Of a DNA stretch of 64,000 bases, positions 38,133 through 48,304 are shown piece after piece. The number at the start of each line of letters is the position of its first letter. Within the stretch, counting starts at the first letter, position 1. This stretch comes from Roseateles sp. (GTDB lineage Bacteria; Pseudomonadota; Gammaproteobacteria; Burkholderiales; Burkholderiaceae_C): the NCBI RefSeq assembly GCF_047654805.1, contig NZ_JASGIV010000001.1:5217259-5281258 (forward strand). The letters are read 5' to 3'. The translations under genes were made by a program, and so were the position numbers. The notes under the pieces are model-generated. The model had not been told where the DNA came from. It searched no databases and was given only the letters and a program-made list of their open reading frames with translations.

Positions 38133-38390
38133 GGTGGGCTGCGCAGGCTAAGAGGCCAGTGTCACCGCAGCATGAAGCCCCGCTGTCGCCAGCCTTGCGG
38201 CGGACTGGCGCCCGGCCACGCCCGGTTTCAGATCAGGCGTCTTGAAGCCTAACGGCACGGCTTGTCGCCACGGCTTGCAATTCAACCACGCAGGCGGCGC
38301 CTTCTCCTACAGGCAGCTGCAGCCGGCGGCCTAGGGTTGGCAGTGTGGCGGTGCGCGGTGCGCCGTCGCATCTCTCGTCAAGGAACCCTC

Positions 38391-38594
38391 ATGTCCAACC
38401 AGCGTCAATCCAGCAACAAGCAGCAGCCAGGCGGTCAGCAGAACATTCAGCAGGGTGGTCACAGCCGCGACCCGAGCCCCGGCCAGCAGGGCCAGTCCGG
38501 CCCAGGTCGTGACACCCCGCAGCAGGGTGGAACGTCCGCCGGCCGCGACAACCCGAGCCCGCAAACCGGCCAGCAGGGCAGCAAGCCGCGCTGA
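38391..38594 (+). CDS. Gln/Gly-rich intrinsically disordered miniprotein (67 aa)
   Basis: ATG38391 has AAGGAA 6 nt upstream. The sequence is MSNQRQSSNKQQPGGQQNIQQGG... with three GRD/SRD-x-P...QQGG repeats. Confidence 0.55.
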   Translation: MSNQRQSSNKQQPGGQQNIQQGGHSRDPSPGQQGQSGPGRDTPQQGGTSAGRDNPSPQTGQQGSKPR

Positions 38595-38618
38595 CCGCAA
38601 GGTCCGGCACTCAACTCA

Positions 38619-38650
38619 CGCCCTGTCCGGCCTTGGCGCCGGGCAGGGCG
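38619..38650. terminator. strong intergenic hairpin between convergent genes
   Basis: CGCCCTGTCCGGC / GCCGGGCAGGGCG forms a 13-bp stem with one G-U pair around a small loop. Neither side has a clear U-tract. Confidence 0.45.
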
Positions 38651-38657
38651 TCTGCGC

Positions 38658-39272
38658 TCATTCGAAGAGATGGCCCAGGTCGTGGTGGCCCATGGACTCG
38701 GCCTTGGTGCGCAGGTAGCGTTCGTTCTCGGGGCCGGGGCGGGTCAGCGAGGCCTCCCGCTCCACCACCTCGATGCCGAACTCGGCCAGCGCCGCCATCT
38801 TCAGCGGGTTGTTCGTCAGCAACCGGATGCGGTGTACACCCAGGGCGCGAAGCATGCAGGCGGCGGCGTCGTAGCGGCGTGCGTCGATGGGCAGTCCCAG
38901 GGCGGCATTGGCCTCGATGGTGTCCTTGCCTGCGTCCTGCTCGGCGTAGGCGCGCAGCTTCTGCACCAGCCCGATGCCACGGCCCTCGTGTCCACGCATG
39001 TAGACGATGGCACCGCGCCCTTGGGCGGCAATGCGCTTCATCGCGCTCTCCAGCTGGGGCCGGCAGTCGCAGCGCAGCGAGCCGAAGACCTCGCCCGTCA
39101 TGCACTCGGAATGCACGCGCACCAGCGGCGGTTCCTCGCCAGGCGAGCCGGCCAGGTCGCCCAGGCTCAGCACCACATGCTCCTGGCCGCCGTCGCTCTC
39201 GCGAAAGCCGTGGATGACGAACTCCCCATAGGGCGTGGGCAGGCGGGTGGAAACGATGTGTTCGATCTTCAT
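38658..39272 (-). CDS. ribA: GTP cyclohydrolase II
   Basis: 204 aa from ATG39272. It has VRVHSECMTGEVFGSLRCDCRPQL (zinc site) and ...YMRGHEGRGIGLVQKLRAYAEQD. Confidence 0.9.
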   Translation of the reverse strand: MKIEHIVSTRLPTPYGEFVIHGFRESDGGQEHVVLSLGDLAGSPGEEPPLVRVHSECMTGEVFGSLRCDCRPQLESAMKRIAAQGRGAIVYMRGHEGRGIGLVQKLRAYAEQDAGKDTIEANAALGLPIDARRYDAAACMLRALGVHRIRLLTNNPLKMAALAEFGIEVVEREASLTRPGPENERYLRTKAESMGHHDLGHLFE

Positions 39273-39359
39273 GGCGAGCCCGCATTGTCCCCCTGAGCGG
39301 GAAAACCCCGGGCGAATGCGGCAGGATAGGCCTCCACAACACCGACATCGAGGAACACC

Positions 39360-40055
39360 ATGGCCCAGAACATCCACTTCCAGCGTCCTGATGGGGGCAG
39401 CCTGAGCGGCTACCTCGCAGAGGCCAACCGGCCGCTTGGCGCGGTGGTGGTCATCCAGGAGTGGTGGGGATTGAACGACCAGATCCGCGGTGTTGCCGAC
39501 CGCTTCGCGAGCGCCGGCTTCACGGCGCTGGTGCCCGACCTGTACCGTGGCAAGCGCACCGTCGAGGCCGAGGAGGCCCACCACCTGATGACGGGCTTGA
39601 ACTTCGGTGACGCCGCGTCGCAGGATGTGCGCGGCGCCGTGAACTACCTGAAGGGCCTGAGGCTGGGCACCGGCAAGGTGGGCATCACCGGCTACTGCAT
39701 GGGCGGCGCGCTGACGGTGCTGGCATCGACGCTGGTGCCCGAGGCCGACGCAGCCGTCGTCTGGTACGGCATGCCGCCGCTGGAGTACGTGGACGCCAGC
39801 AAGCTCAGGATCCCGCTGCAGGCCCACTGGGCCACTCAGGACGAATTCTTCGCCATCGCTGGCGTCGACAACCTGGAGGCCAGCTTTGCCCAGGCCGGCG
39901 TGAACTATGAAGGCCACCGTTACCTGGCCCACCACGCCTTTGCCAACGAGACAGCCCAGGGGCCGCACCGCATTCCGCAGACCCAGTACGACGCGGCCTG
40001 GGCGCAGCAGGCCTGGGACCGGTCTATGCGGTTCTTTGGCAAGCACCTGGGATGA
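39360..40055 (+). CDS. dienelactone hydrolase-family protein
   Basis: 231 aa. It has VVVIQEWWGLNDQIR, the nucleophile ITGYCMGGAL, and a C-terminal ...YLAHHAFANE. Confidence 0.88.
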   Translation: MAQNIHFQRPDGGSLSGYLAEANRPLGAVVVIQEWWGLNDQIRGVADRFASAGFTALVPDLYRGKRTVEAEEAHHLMTGLNFGDAASQDVRGAVNYLKGLRLGTGKVGITGYCMGGALTVLASTLVPEADAAVVWYGMPPLEYVDASKLRIPLQAHWATQDEFFAIAGVDNLEASFAQAGVNYEGHRYLAHHAFANETAQGPHRIPQTQYDAAWAQQAWDRSMRFFGKHLG

Positions 40056-40450
40056 GCCACTTTGAGCCATTCGGGGGCTGACACCTGGGACACGGCGATG
40101 GCTGGCACCCTGGCGGTTTCGGCGGAGCTCCTGGGTGCAGGCTGGACAGTGCCCGGCGCTCGGCCGGTGCATTTGCAGGCGATGCCAGATGGAGGTTGGT
40201 GCCGGGGCGCGATGCTCGGGGCTGCCGTACCGCCGGAGGTGAAGCGGAGCTGTTCGGTGCCGATACGTCGGCCTCTTCCGTTGTTGGCGCGGGTCGAGTC
40301 CGTGCAGCCCATGCCGCGCGCTGCGCCCCATGCGCTGCAGCGGGACTTGGTGGGCCATCCGGAGTTGCTTTGCGCGATGCAGCCCGCGCCTGCCTGGACA
40401 ACCTCACCCGTGTGAAAGCAGATTGCTCTTCAATCGTGGTGTTGCAGCGC

Positions 40451-41032
40451 ATGCTGCCTGAGCTGCGTGCCTGCACGGCCTGCGAACCGGCCCTGCCGCT
40501 GGGCGCCAAGCCCATCTTCCAGCTCGACCGGCGCGCGCGCATCCTCATCGCCAGCCAGGCACCGGGCCGTGTTGCGCACGAGAGGGGAAGGCCCTTCGAC
40601 GACGCCAGCGGCGACCGCCTGCGCCGATGGCTGGGCGTGTCGCGTGAGACCTTCTACGACCCGGCCTGCTTCGCCATCCTGCCGATGGGACTGTGCTTCC
40701 CAGGCAAGGGCGCATCGGGCGACCTGCCGCCGCGGCCGGAATGCGCGCCGCTGTGGCGCGAACGCGTGCTGAGCGCCCTGCCCGAGATCGCGCTGACGCT
40801 GGCCATCGGCCAGCATGCCCTGGCCTGGCATCTGCACAGCCGGGCGCCGGTGGACGCGCTCGTGTCGGGTTGGCGCGAGCGCCTGGCGCGCGGCCTGCTG
40901 CCCCTGCCCCACCCCAGCCCGCGCAACCAGAACTGGCTGAAGACCCGGCCCTGGTTCGAGGCCGACGTGCTGCCGGCGCTGCGCGAGGCCGTGACCACCG
41001 CCCTCAGGTCCGCCGGGCGCGAGCCGAGCTGA
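40451..41032 (+). CDS. uracil-DNA glycosylase superfamily protein
   Basis: 193 aa from ATG40451. It has ARILIASQAPG (motif-A-like) and LPHPSPRN (motif B). Confidence 0.8.
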   Translation: MLPELRACTACEPALPLGAKPIFQLDRRARILIASQAPGRVAHERGRPFDDASGDRLRRWLGVSRETFYDPACFAILPMGLCFPGKGASGDLPPRPECAPLWRERVLSALPEIALTLAIGQHALAWHLHSRAPVDALVSGWRERLARGLLPLPHPSPRNQNWLKTRPWFEADVLPALREAVTTALRSAGREPS

Positions 41033-41041
41033 CCGTTCCCG

Positions 41042-44000
41042 TCACCATGCCGGGGCGGATTCGGCAGTGCCCCGCACGCTGCGCCGGATCTGCAGGCGCG
41101 GCTCATCCGGCCAGCCATCGGCGTCCAGGTCCAGCTCGTCGGGCCGCAGACCGGTGGCGCGCAGGGCACCGACGTAGCCGTCGCGGCCCTGTTCCTTGGC
41201 GGCATACAGGGCGGCATCTGCCAGGCTCAGCGTGGCGTCCCAGTCCCAGACGCGCGGCGCGTCGGGGTCCAACGGGAAGACGGCAAAGCCGATGGACACG
41301 CTGACCGGCAGCGTGCGCCCGTCGGGAAGCGTGAAAGGCTGGTCGCGCACCGTGGCGCAGAAGCGCGCAGCTAGCTCGGTCGCGCCGCTGCGGGCGCCGC
41401 CGCGCGCCAGGGCCAGGAATTCCTCGCCCCCCCAGCGCACCAGCACGTCGCTCTCGCGGAAGACCGTGCGCAGCCGGCGCGCAAACTCCACCAGCACCTG
41501 GTCGCCTGCGGCGTGGCCGTAGCGGTCATTGATGCGCTTGAAGTGGTCGATGTCCATCAGCATGACGAGCAGGTCGGCCTCGTCGTCGGGGTTGCGGTGG
41601 CGCGGCTCCGTGTAGTGGCGCAGGCACAGCTGCAGGTCGGAGGCGACGCGCGAGTCCAGGTAGCGGCGGTTGCGCAGGCCGGTCAGCGGGTCGGTGGTGC
41701 TGGCCTCGCGCAGCTCTGCGGTGCGCTGCTCTACCAGGGCCTGCAGCGCCGTCTCGCGGCGCACCAGCTGGGCGGTGCGTCGCGCCACACCCCAACGCAG
41801 CAGCGCCCAGGCCGCGCCAAGCAGCGCCAGCAGTGCGCCGGCCTGGGCCCAGCGTGTCTGCCACCAGGCAGGGAGCAGCTCGACGTCGAGCAGCAGCGGC
41901 CGATCGCTCCACACGCCATGGTGGTTGGTGGCGTAAACCTCCAGCCGGTAGCGGCCCGGTGACAGGCCGCCGTAGCTCGCGAAGCGGGCACTGGCGTCGG
42001 TGAATGCCCAGCGCGCGTCCCAGCCGTCCAGCCGCATCATGTAATGGAGCTTGGCGGGGTCGATGTAGTCCAGCGCGGCGAATTCGACGGCGAAGCTGCG
42101 CGTGCCCGCCGGCAGCTTGAGGCCTTGGCTCAGATCCTGCTCTGGGCGAAAGGGCTGGCCGTCACGGCGCAGGCTGCTGACAACCACTGGTGGCGCGTAG
42201 CGCGACGGCGCGAAGGCCAGCGGCTCCACCACCAGCAGTCCGCGGCTGCCGGAGAAGAGCAGGCGGCCATCGGGCAGGGCGGCATCGGCGAAGAAGCGCG
42301 GCGTGCCCATGGGCGGACCTTCGGCGCCGCTGAGTTCGTCGAGGCGGTCGGCAGCCGGGTCGTAGACGGACTGCTGGCTCCACACCCGGCCCTTGCCGTC
42401 CTCGTGCAGGTTCACGCCGAAGGGCCGGCCCGGCGCGCCCAGGCGCTCGCTGATGCGCTCAAAGCGCGCGCGGCCCCGTTCGTCGTAGCCCTTGAGCCGG
42501 TGCAGGCCGCTAACGGCGGTGTCCACGTAGAGACTGCCGTCGCGCGTCTGCAGCAGGCCCAACACCGCGGGAAAGCCCAGCGCTTCGCCAGGGACCGTCT
42601 GCACCTCGGTCAGGCGCTGGCCGTCCCAGCGGAACAGGCCGGCTAGCGCGCCCACCCAGAGCCGACCGCCGGACTCAGCGCGCAGCGCATGCACTCCGCC
42701 GCGCAGCGGCTCGCCGTCGGCACGGCGGGCGCGTTCAACGCGTGGGGCCTGCGGTGATGGCAAGCGGTACAGCCCGTCCTGCATGCCGACCCAGACTTCG
42801 CCCCCCGCGTCGGTCGGCAGCACCAGCACACGGTGGGCGCGGCCGCCCTCCAGCGCCCAGCTGGCGAGCAGGCGGGCGCTGCGCGGCTCACGGCGCTCCA
42901 GACGCCCATTGGCCACCAGCCAGACGCTGCCGTCCGGCCCCTCGGCGAGGTTGTCCACCGGCGTGTCGGCCTCGCGCGGCCAGCGGCCCACTGTGTGCAG
43001 CTGCGCGTCCAGCAGCGCCACCGGGCCGCTGTGCGTGGCCACCATCAGCAGGCCATCGCGGCGGGGCAGCAGGCCGCGCAGGTCGCTGCTGGCCAGCGGG
43101 CTGCCCGGGTCGGCGTCGGGACCGCGCACGGCCAGGGCCGGATGCCGGTGATGGCGCTGCAGGCCTACTCCATAACCGCCAACCCACATGGAGCCGGTCT
43201 GGTCACGCAACAGCACGTTGACGTCGTTGCCGGCCAGGCCGCCGGGCAGGTAGGGGTTGTGGCGAAGCTGGCGCACCAGTGCGCCGCTTGACCCGTCCAG
43301 CCAGGCGATGCCGTCGGTCAGGCCAGCCCAGATCATGCCGTCCTCGCCCTGCGCAAGTGCCTGCACGCCGCCCTTGAAGCGCGCAGCCAGCCAGCGCGGC
43401 TGGCCGTCGATCTCGATACGGCCCACGCGGCCGTCCACGCTGCCGAACCAGAGTCGCCCGCTGCGGTCCTCCAGCAGCGTGCTGACGCCGACGGCACCTT
43501 CAGGCAGTACCAGCTGCGTCCAGCTGCCTTTTGCGTCACGATGCGCGAGACCCTGCCAATGGCCAGCCCACAGCGTGCCGTCGGTGCCCACGGCCAGCGC
43601 CAGCACGCGGCGCTCCGGCTCGCCGTCCACGACCAGTGGCTCGGCGTCGAAGCGGCCGGTCCTGGGCTCGAAGCGCAGCAGGCCCTGGCCCAGCGTGCCC
43701 ACCCAGACCCGGCCGGCGCGGTCCTCCGCCAGTGCGCGTATGGGCGTGGGGCGATCGCTGCCGCCGCCCAGCATGCGCACCCGGTCGAAGGCCGGCTCGT
43801 AGCGGGCCAGGCCATTGATCTCGGTGCCTATCCACATGCCGCCGTCGGCCGCCGACGCGAGCGAGCGTACCCAGCCTAGGTTGCGTTGCACGGGCGTGGC
43901 GCCCTCGCGCTCGATGGGGCGCAGGCGGTAGCCATCGAAGCGGGCCAGGCCGTCGCTGGTGCCTATCCAGATCAGGCCCTGCTTGTCCTGGGCCAGGCTG

Positions 44001-44143
44001 CCTACCACGTCGCGTGGCACCGCCACGGTGGCGAACTGCGGCTCCAGCGCATCGGTGAAGGGCCGCGCTGCGGCCAGCGGGGCCAGGGCGGCCAGCAGCA
44101 GCGCGGCCAGGCCGCGCCAATGCGTGGGACGGCGTGCTGTCAT
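41042..44143 (-). CDS. periplasmic beta-propeller/Y_Y_Y sensor diguanylate cyclase
   Basis: 1033 aa. After a signal peptide there are many two-component-regulator-propeller-like repeats (…WIGT..GL..), then one TM, a coiled coil and a GGDEF domain (RWGGEEFLAL). Confidence 0.9.
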   Translation of the reverse strand: MTARRPTHWRGLAALLLAALAPLAAARPFTDALEPQFATVAVPRDVVGSLAQDKQGLIWIGTSDGLARFDGYRLRPIEREGATPVQRNLGWVRSLASAADGGMWIGTEINGLARYEPAFDRVRMLGGGSDRPTPIRALAEDRAGRVWVGTLGQGLLRFEPRTGRFDAEPLVVDGEPERRVLALAVGTDGTLWAGHWQGLAHRDAKGSWTQLVLPEGAVGVSTLLEDRSGRLWFGSVDGRVGRIEIDGQPRWLAARFKGGVQALAQGEDGMIWAGLTDGIAWLDGSSGALVRQLRHNPYLPGGLAGNDVNVLLRDQTGSMWVGGYGVGLQRHHRHPALAVRGPDADPGSPLASSDLRGLLPRRDGLLMVATHSGPVALLDAQLHTVGRWPREADTPVDNLAEGPDGSVWLVANGRLERREPRSARLLASWALEGGRAHRVLVLPTDAGGEVWVGMQDGLYRLPSPQAPRVERARRADGEPLRGGVHALRAESGGRLWVGALAGLFRWDGQRLTEVQTVPGEALGFPAVLGLLQTRDGSLYVDTAVSGLHRLKGYDERGRARFERISERLGAPGRPFGVNLHEDGKGRVWSQQSVYDPAADRLDELSGAEGPPMGTPRFFADAALPDGRLLFSGSRGLLVVEPLAFAPSRYAPPVVVSSLRRDGQPFRPEQDLSQGLKLPAGTRSFAVEFAALDYIDPAKLHYMMRLDGWDARWAFTDASARFASYGGLSPGRYRLEVYATNHHGVWSDRPLLLDVELLPAWWQTRWAQAGALLALLGAAWALLRWGVARRTAQLVRRETALQALVEQRTAELREASTTDPLTGLRNRRYLDSRVASDLQLCLRHYTEPRHRNPDDEADLLVMLMDIDHFKRINDRYGHAAGDQVLVEFARRLRTVFRESDVLVRWGGEEFLALARGGARSGATELAARFCATVRDQPFTLPDGRTLPVSVSIGFAVFPLDPDAPRVWDWDATLSLADAALYAAKEQGRDGYVGALRATGLRPDELDLDADGWPDEPRLQIRRSVRGTAESAPAW

Positions 44144-44170
44144 GGGGCGGATTCCATCACAAGGCCGGCC

Positions 44171-44635
44171 TCAGAACGGCAGGGCATTCGTCGACTTGAC
44201 TTCCTCCATCACCGCATAGGTCCGCGTCTCCCGCACGCCCGGCAGCGACCAGATGACGCTCCCGATGAATTCCCTGTAGGCACCCATGTCGCGCACTCTC
44301 GTCTTCAGCAGGTAGTCGAAGCCGCCGGCGACGAGGTGGCACTCCAGGATCTCGGGCCGTGCCTGGACGGCCGCCTTGAAGGTGTCCATCACATCCTGCA
44401 CCGTGCGGTCCAGGTGTACCTCGATGAAGACCAGCATGGCCGCGCCCAGCTTGGCCGGATTCAGTCGCGCTTCGTAGCCCAGGATGTAGCCGTCGCGAGT
44501 CAGCCGCTTCACTCGCTCCAGTACGGCGGTGGGCGAGAGGTGCACCGCCTCGGCCAGCTTGAGGTTGGAGATGCGCCCGTCGGCCTGCAGCACGCGCAGG
44601 ATGCGTTCGTCGATCTTGTCCAGGTTGTCGATCAT
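44171..44635 (-). CDS. putR: Lrp/AsnC-family regulator, probable proline-utilisation activator
   Basis: 154 aa from ATG44635 (LDKIDERILRVLQADGRISNLKLAEAVHLSPTAVLERVKRLTRDGYI). It is divergent from putA. The symbol is inferred from synteny only. Confidence 0.8.
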   Translation of the reverse strand: MIDNLDKIDERILRVLQADGRISNLKLAEAVHLSPTAVLERVKRLTRDGYILGYEARLNPAKLGAAMLVFIEVHLDRTVQDVMDTFKAAVQARPEILECHLVAGGFDYLLKTRVRDMGAYREFIGSVIWSLPGVRETRTYAVMEEVKSTNALPF

Positions 44636-44723
44636 CTGGATTTTTAACTGTTGATGCGTTGATTCTCGGAATTTAATCCAAGGGAGCCCTGGATACATTG
44701 CCGTATCTCACCAGGAGTACGCC
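44636..44723. promoter_or_regulatory. divergent putR-putA control region
   Basis: 88-bp AT-richer spacer (ggatttttaactgttgatgcgttgattctcggaatttaatcc...). AGGAG lies 6 nt before ATG44724. Confidence 0.4.
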
Positions 44724-47700
44724 ATGTCCACGCCCTTCGTCGCCCCACCCGAACAGCCCCGGCTGCCTGATGCCTACCGGGCCGAGGCCGGCGTCGTGCA
44801 GGCCTTGGCCGAACGCGTCGGTGGTGCGCTGAACTGGCCTGGTGTCATCACGATGGCGGGCCCCTGGGTGGAGCAGGTGCGCAAGAACCCGGCGCCGTTC
44901 TGGGCCATGGAATCGCTGCTGCGCGAGTACCCGATCACGAGCGCCGAGGGCCTGGCCTTGATGCGCCTGGCCGAGGCGCTGCTGCGCGTGCCAGACGCAC
45001 CCACGGCCATCGCACTGACGGCCGACCAGCTCGGCCGGGCGGACTTTGACGGCGCCAGCGAGGGCAGCCCGCACAAGATGCTGGCCGCGCTGTCGGCTTC
45101 GGCCATCTCGTTGTCCAAGCGCTTCCTGCCCGGTGCCGACGATGACGGCGGCCTGTTCAAGCGCCTGGGCGCGCAGACGGTCGTGGCGGCCACCGTGCGT
45201 GCCATCCAGTTGCTGGGGCGGCAGTTCGTGCTCGGCCGCAACATCCAGGAAGCCATGGGCGAGGCCGATGCGGCGCGCAGGCAGCAAAAGCAGCTGCGTT
45301 TCAGCTACGACATGCTGGGCGAAGGCGCTCGCACCGAGCATGACGCCGAGCGCTACCAGGCCGCCTACGTCGGCGCCATCCAGGCCATCGCCGGCGGCCG
45401 CCGTGCCGAGTCGCCCGAGGGCTCCGACGGCATCTCCATCAAGCTCAGCGCGCTGTTCAGTCGCTACGAGGTGCTGCAGCGTGATCGCGTGTTCGCCGAG
45501 TTGCTGCCGCGCGTGTGGCGGCTCATCGAGCTGGCTGCCGAGGCCAACATCAACCTCACCATTGACGCCGAGGAGGTCGATCGCCTGGAGCTGTCGCTGG
45601 ACGTGCTGGACACGCTGGCCGCCAGGATCGCCATGGTCCACCCGCAGTGGCGCGGCTTCGGCCTCGCGGTGCAGGCCTACCAGACGCGCGCGCTGGCCGT
45701 CGTCGACGAGGTGGCGGCTATCGCCCGCAGGCACGGCCTGCGGTTCATGGTGCGCCTGGTCAAGGGTGCCTACTGGGACGGCGAGATCAAGCGCGCCCAG
45801 GAGCTGGGCCTGAATGCCTACCCGGTGTTCACGCACAAGCAGCACACCGACGTCAGCTATCTGGCCTGCGCCCGCGCGCTGATCCAGCATGCCGACGTCA
45901 TCTACCCGCAGTTCGCCAGCCACAACGCCGGCACCATTGCCGCCATCGTGCAGATGGCCCGCGCGACTGGCGCCCGCTTCGAGATGCAGCGCCTGCACGG
46001 CATGGGCGAAGGCGTCTACCGGGAGGTGCTGAAGGACGGCACCATCCCCTGCCGCGTCTACGCGCCGGTGGGCGAGCACCGCGACCTGCTGGCCTACCTC
46101 GTGCGCCGGTTGCTCGAGAACGGCGCCAACTCATCGTTCGTTCACCAGCTTGCCGACCCCAGCGTGCTGGTGCCCGAGTTGCTGGGTTCGCCGTTGGCCG
46201 AACTGCGCGACAGCAGCGCGCTGCCACTGCCGCCGGAGCTGTACCTCGATGAGCAGGGCCGCGGCCGCGCCAACTCCACGGGCGCCGACCTGACCGCGCC
46301 GGCCCAGCGCGTGCCGCTGCAGGCTGCGCTGCAGGCGTGCGAAATCCGTGCCGTCGCCGAAGCCACGGCGGCGGATGTCGACGCTGCCATGAGCCGCCTG
46401 CAGGCCGGCTTTGCCGGCTGGAACGCCACACCCGTCGTGCAGCGGGGCGCCATCCTGCGCCGCGCCGGCGACGCGCTGGACGCGCGCCTGCCCGAGTTCT
46501 GCGCGCTGTTGGTCAAGGAAGCCTTCAAGACCCAGGCCGATTGCGTTGCCGAGGTCCGCGAGGCCGTCGACTTCCTGCGTTACTACGCGGACCAGGCCGA
46601 GGCCGACGCGGCGCTGATGCAGGGCCGTGGTGTCTTCGTCTGCATCAGTCCGTGGAACTTCCCGCTGGCCATCTTTGCGGGCCAGGTCGTCGCGGCGCTC
46701 GTGGCGGGCAATACTGTGGCCGCCAAGCCCGCCGAGCAGACGCCCTATGTCGCGCTAAAACTAGTCGAGCTGCTGCACGAGGCCGGTGTGCCGGACGACG
46801 CGCTGGCGCTGCTGCACGGCGCGGGAGAGACGGTGGGCGCGGGCCTGGTGGCCCATGCCCATACGGCCGGCGTTTGCTTCACCGGCTCCACGGCTGTCGC
46901 GCAGATCATCAACAAGGCCCTGGCCGCCAAGCCCAACTCGCCCGTCCCGCTGATCGCCGAGACTGGCGGCCTGAATGCGATGGTCGTCGACTCGACGGCC
47001 CTGCCGGAGCAGGTCATCGATGCCGTCGTGCAGAGCGCTTTCCGCTCCGCCGGCCAGCGCTGCTCGGCCCTGCGCCTGCTGTGCGTTCAGTCGAGCATCG
47101 CCGACGGCGTTATCGAGATGCTCAAGGGTGCGCTGGCGCAGCTGCACGTCGGTCAGCCAGCCCGTCTCGCCACCGACGTCGGCCCCGTCATCGACGACGA
47201 GGCCCATGCCAGCATCAGCCAGCACGTCGAGCGCCTGAAGCGCGATGCCCGGCTGTTGGCCGAGGCCCCCGTGGCCGAATCCATGCCGCGCCAGATCCGT
47301 CCGGTCGCTTTCGAGCTGCCGCGCATCGCCCACCTGGGCGATGAGATCTTCGGCCCCGTGCTGCACGTCGTGCGCTTCGAGGATTCGGTCGACGAGGTCA
47401 TCCAGGAGATCAACGCGCTGGGCTATGGTCTGACGCTGGGCATCCAGACCCGTATCGACAGCCGAGCCCTTCGCCTGGCCGACGAGGCACGCATCGGCAA
47501 CGTCTACGTGAACCGCAACATCATCGGCGCGGTGGTGGGCGTGCAGCCCTTCGGCGGCGAAGGCCTGTCGGGCACCGGCCCCAAGGCTGGCGGGCCGGAC
47601 TACCTGCGCCGCTTCTGCGCTGAGCCGCAGCTCGACGCACCGCTGCCCACGCTCGCCATGGACGGCCGCGGCGAGGCGCTGGCCGTGGCCGCGGACGACG

Positions 47701-48281
47701 CCTGGCGCGACACGCCGCTGGCGGAGCGCATCGCCACGCTGCGCCGCGCCGCCGACACGCTGGATGCGTCGACAGCCCTCGCGTTGCGCGGCCTCTTCAC
47801 CGCGGCACAGGCGCAGTTCGCCGACATCACCCTGCCCGGCCCCACCGGCGAGAGCAACACGCTGCGCCATCACGCCCGGGGCGTCTTCGCCGTGCTGGGC
47901 CGCGGCGAAGCAGGCCTGGCGGCGGTCGTCAGCGCACTGCTGGCGGGCAACAGCGCCATCTGGCTGGGCGGCGACGAGCGTGCCCGCCAAGCCCTGCTGC
48001 GTGCCGGCTTGCCGGCCACTGCCCTAACGCTGCTGCCCGACACGACGCTGCCGGGCCTGATCGCCGCGCCGCATCTCGCTGGCATTGCGCTCGCATCCTC
48101 CGACGCGGCGGCGGCTCACGTGCTGTCCCAGGCCCTGGCTGCACGCCCCGGTGCCATCCTGCCGCTGGTGACGGCGGCCGGCCATACGCGCCAGCTCTAC
48201 CGTTTTGCGGCGGAGCAGACGCTGACCATCAACACGGCGGCGGCGGGCGGCAACGCCGCCCTGCTGGCCGGTGTGCATTGA
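44724..48281 (+). CDS. putA: bifunctional proline dehydrogenase / L-glutamate-gamma-semialdehyde dehydrogenase
   Basis: 1185 aa with a PRODH barrel followed by an ALDH domain (AETGGLNAMVVDSTA; FRSAGQRCSALR catalytic Cys). No N-terminal RHH DNA-binding domain is visible. Confidence 0.97.
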   Translation: MSTPFVAPPEQPRLPDAYRAEAGVVQALAERVGGALNWPGVITMAGPWVEQVRKNPAPFWAMESLLREYPITSAEGLALMRLAEALLRVPDAPTAIALTADQLGRADFDGASEGSPHKMLAALSASAISLSKRFLPGADDDGGLFKRLGAQTVVAATVRAIQLLGRQFVLGRNIQEAMGEADAARRQQKQLRFSYDMLGEGARTEHDAERYQAAYVGAIQAIAGGRRAESPEGSDGISIKLSALFSRYEVLQRDRVFAELLPRVWRLIELAAEANINLTIDAEEVDRLELSLDVLDTLAARIAMVHPQWRGFGLAVQAYQTRALAVVDEVAAIARRHGLRFMVRLVKGAYWDGEIKRAQELGLNAYPVFTHKQHTDVSYLACARALIQHADVIYPQFASHNAGTIAAIVQMARATGARFEMQRLHGMGEGVYREVLKDGTIPCRVYAPVGEHRDLLAYLVRRLLENGANSSFVHQLADPSVLVPELLGSPLAELRDSSALPLPPELYLDEQGRGRANSTGADLTAPAQRVPLQAALQACEIRAVAEATAADVDAAMSRLQAGFAGWNATPVVQRGAILRRAGDALDARLPEFCALLVKEAFKTQADCVAEVREAVDFLRYYADQAEADAALMQGRGVFVCISPWNFPLAIFAGQVVAALVAGNTVAAKPAEQTPYVALKLVELLHEAGVPDDALALLHGAGETVGAGLVAHAHTAGVCFTGSTAVAQIINKALAAKPNSPVPLIAETGGLNAMVVDSTALPEQVIDAVVQSAFRSAGQRCSALRLLCVQSSIADGVIEMLKGALAQLHVGQPARLATDVGPVIDDEAHASISQHVERLKRDARLLAEAPVAESMPRQIRPVAFELPRIAHLGDEIFGPVLHVVRFEDSVDEVIQEINALGYGLTLGIQTRIDSRALRLADEARIGNVYVNRNIIGAVVGVQPFGGEGLSGTGPKAGGPDYLRRFCAEPQLDAPLPTLAMDGRGEALAVAADDAWRDTPLAERIATLRRAADTLDASTALALRGLFTAAQAQFADITLPGPTGESNTLRHHARGVFAVLGRGEAGLAAVVSALLAGNSAIWLGGDERARQALLRAGLPATALTLLPDTTLPGLIAAPHLAGIALASSDAAAAHVLSQALAARPGAILPLVTAAGHTRQLYRFAAEQTLTINTAAAGGNAALLAGVH

Positions 48282-48304
48282 TGCACTGACAGCACACAAG
48301 AAAA

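Noticed and set aside
39273-40358. Upstream 360 aa of the 566-aa minus-strand ORF 38658-40358
   Set aside because: Only the last 204 aa (from ATG39272) are GTP cyclohydrolase II. The upstream portion is antisense to the dienelactone hydrolase gene.
40062-40415. 117-aa plus-strand ORF in the DLH/UDG spacer
   Set aside because: It has no SD sequence and no motifs, and overlapping ORFs of similar length exist on the other strand. I keep the spacer as a low-interest finding but do not call a gene there.
44673-46079. 468-aa minus-strand ORF
   Set aside because: It is antisense to putA.
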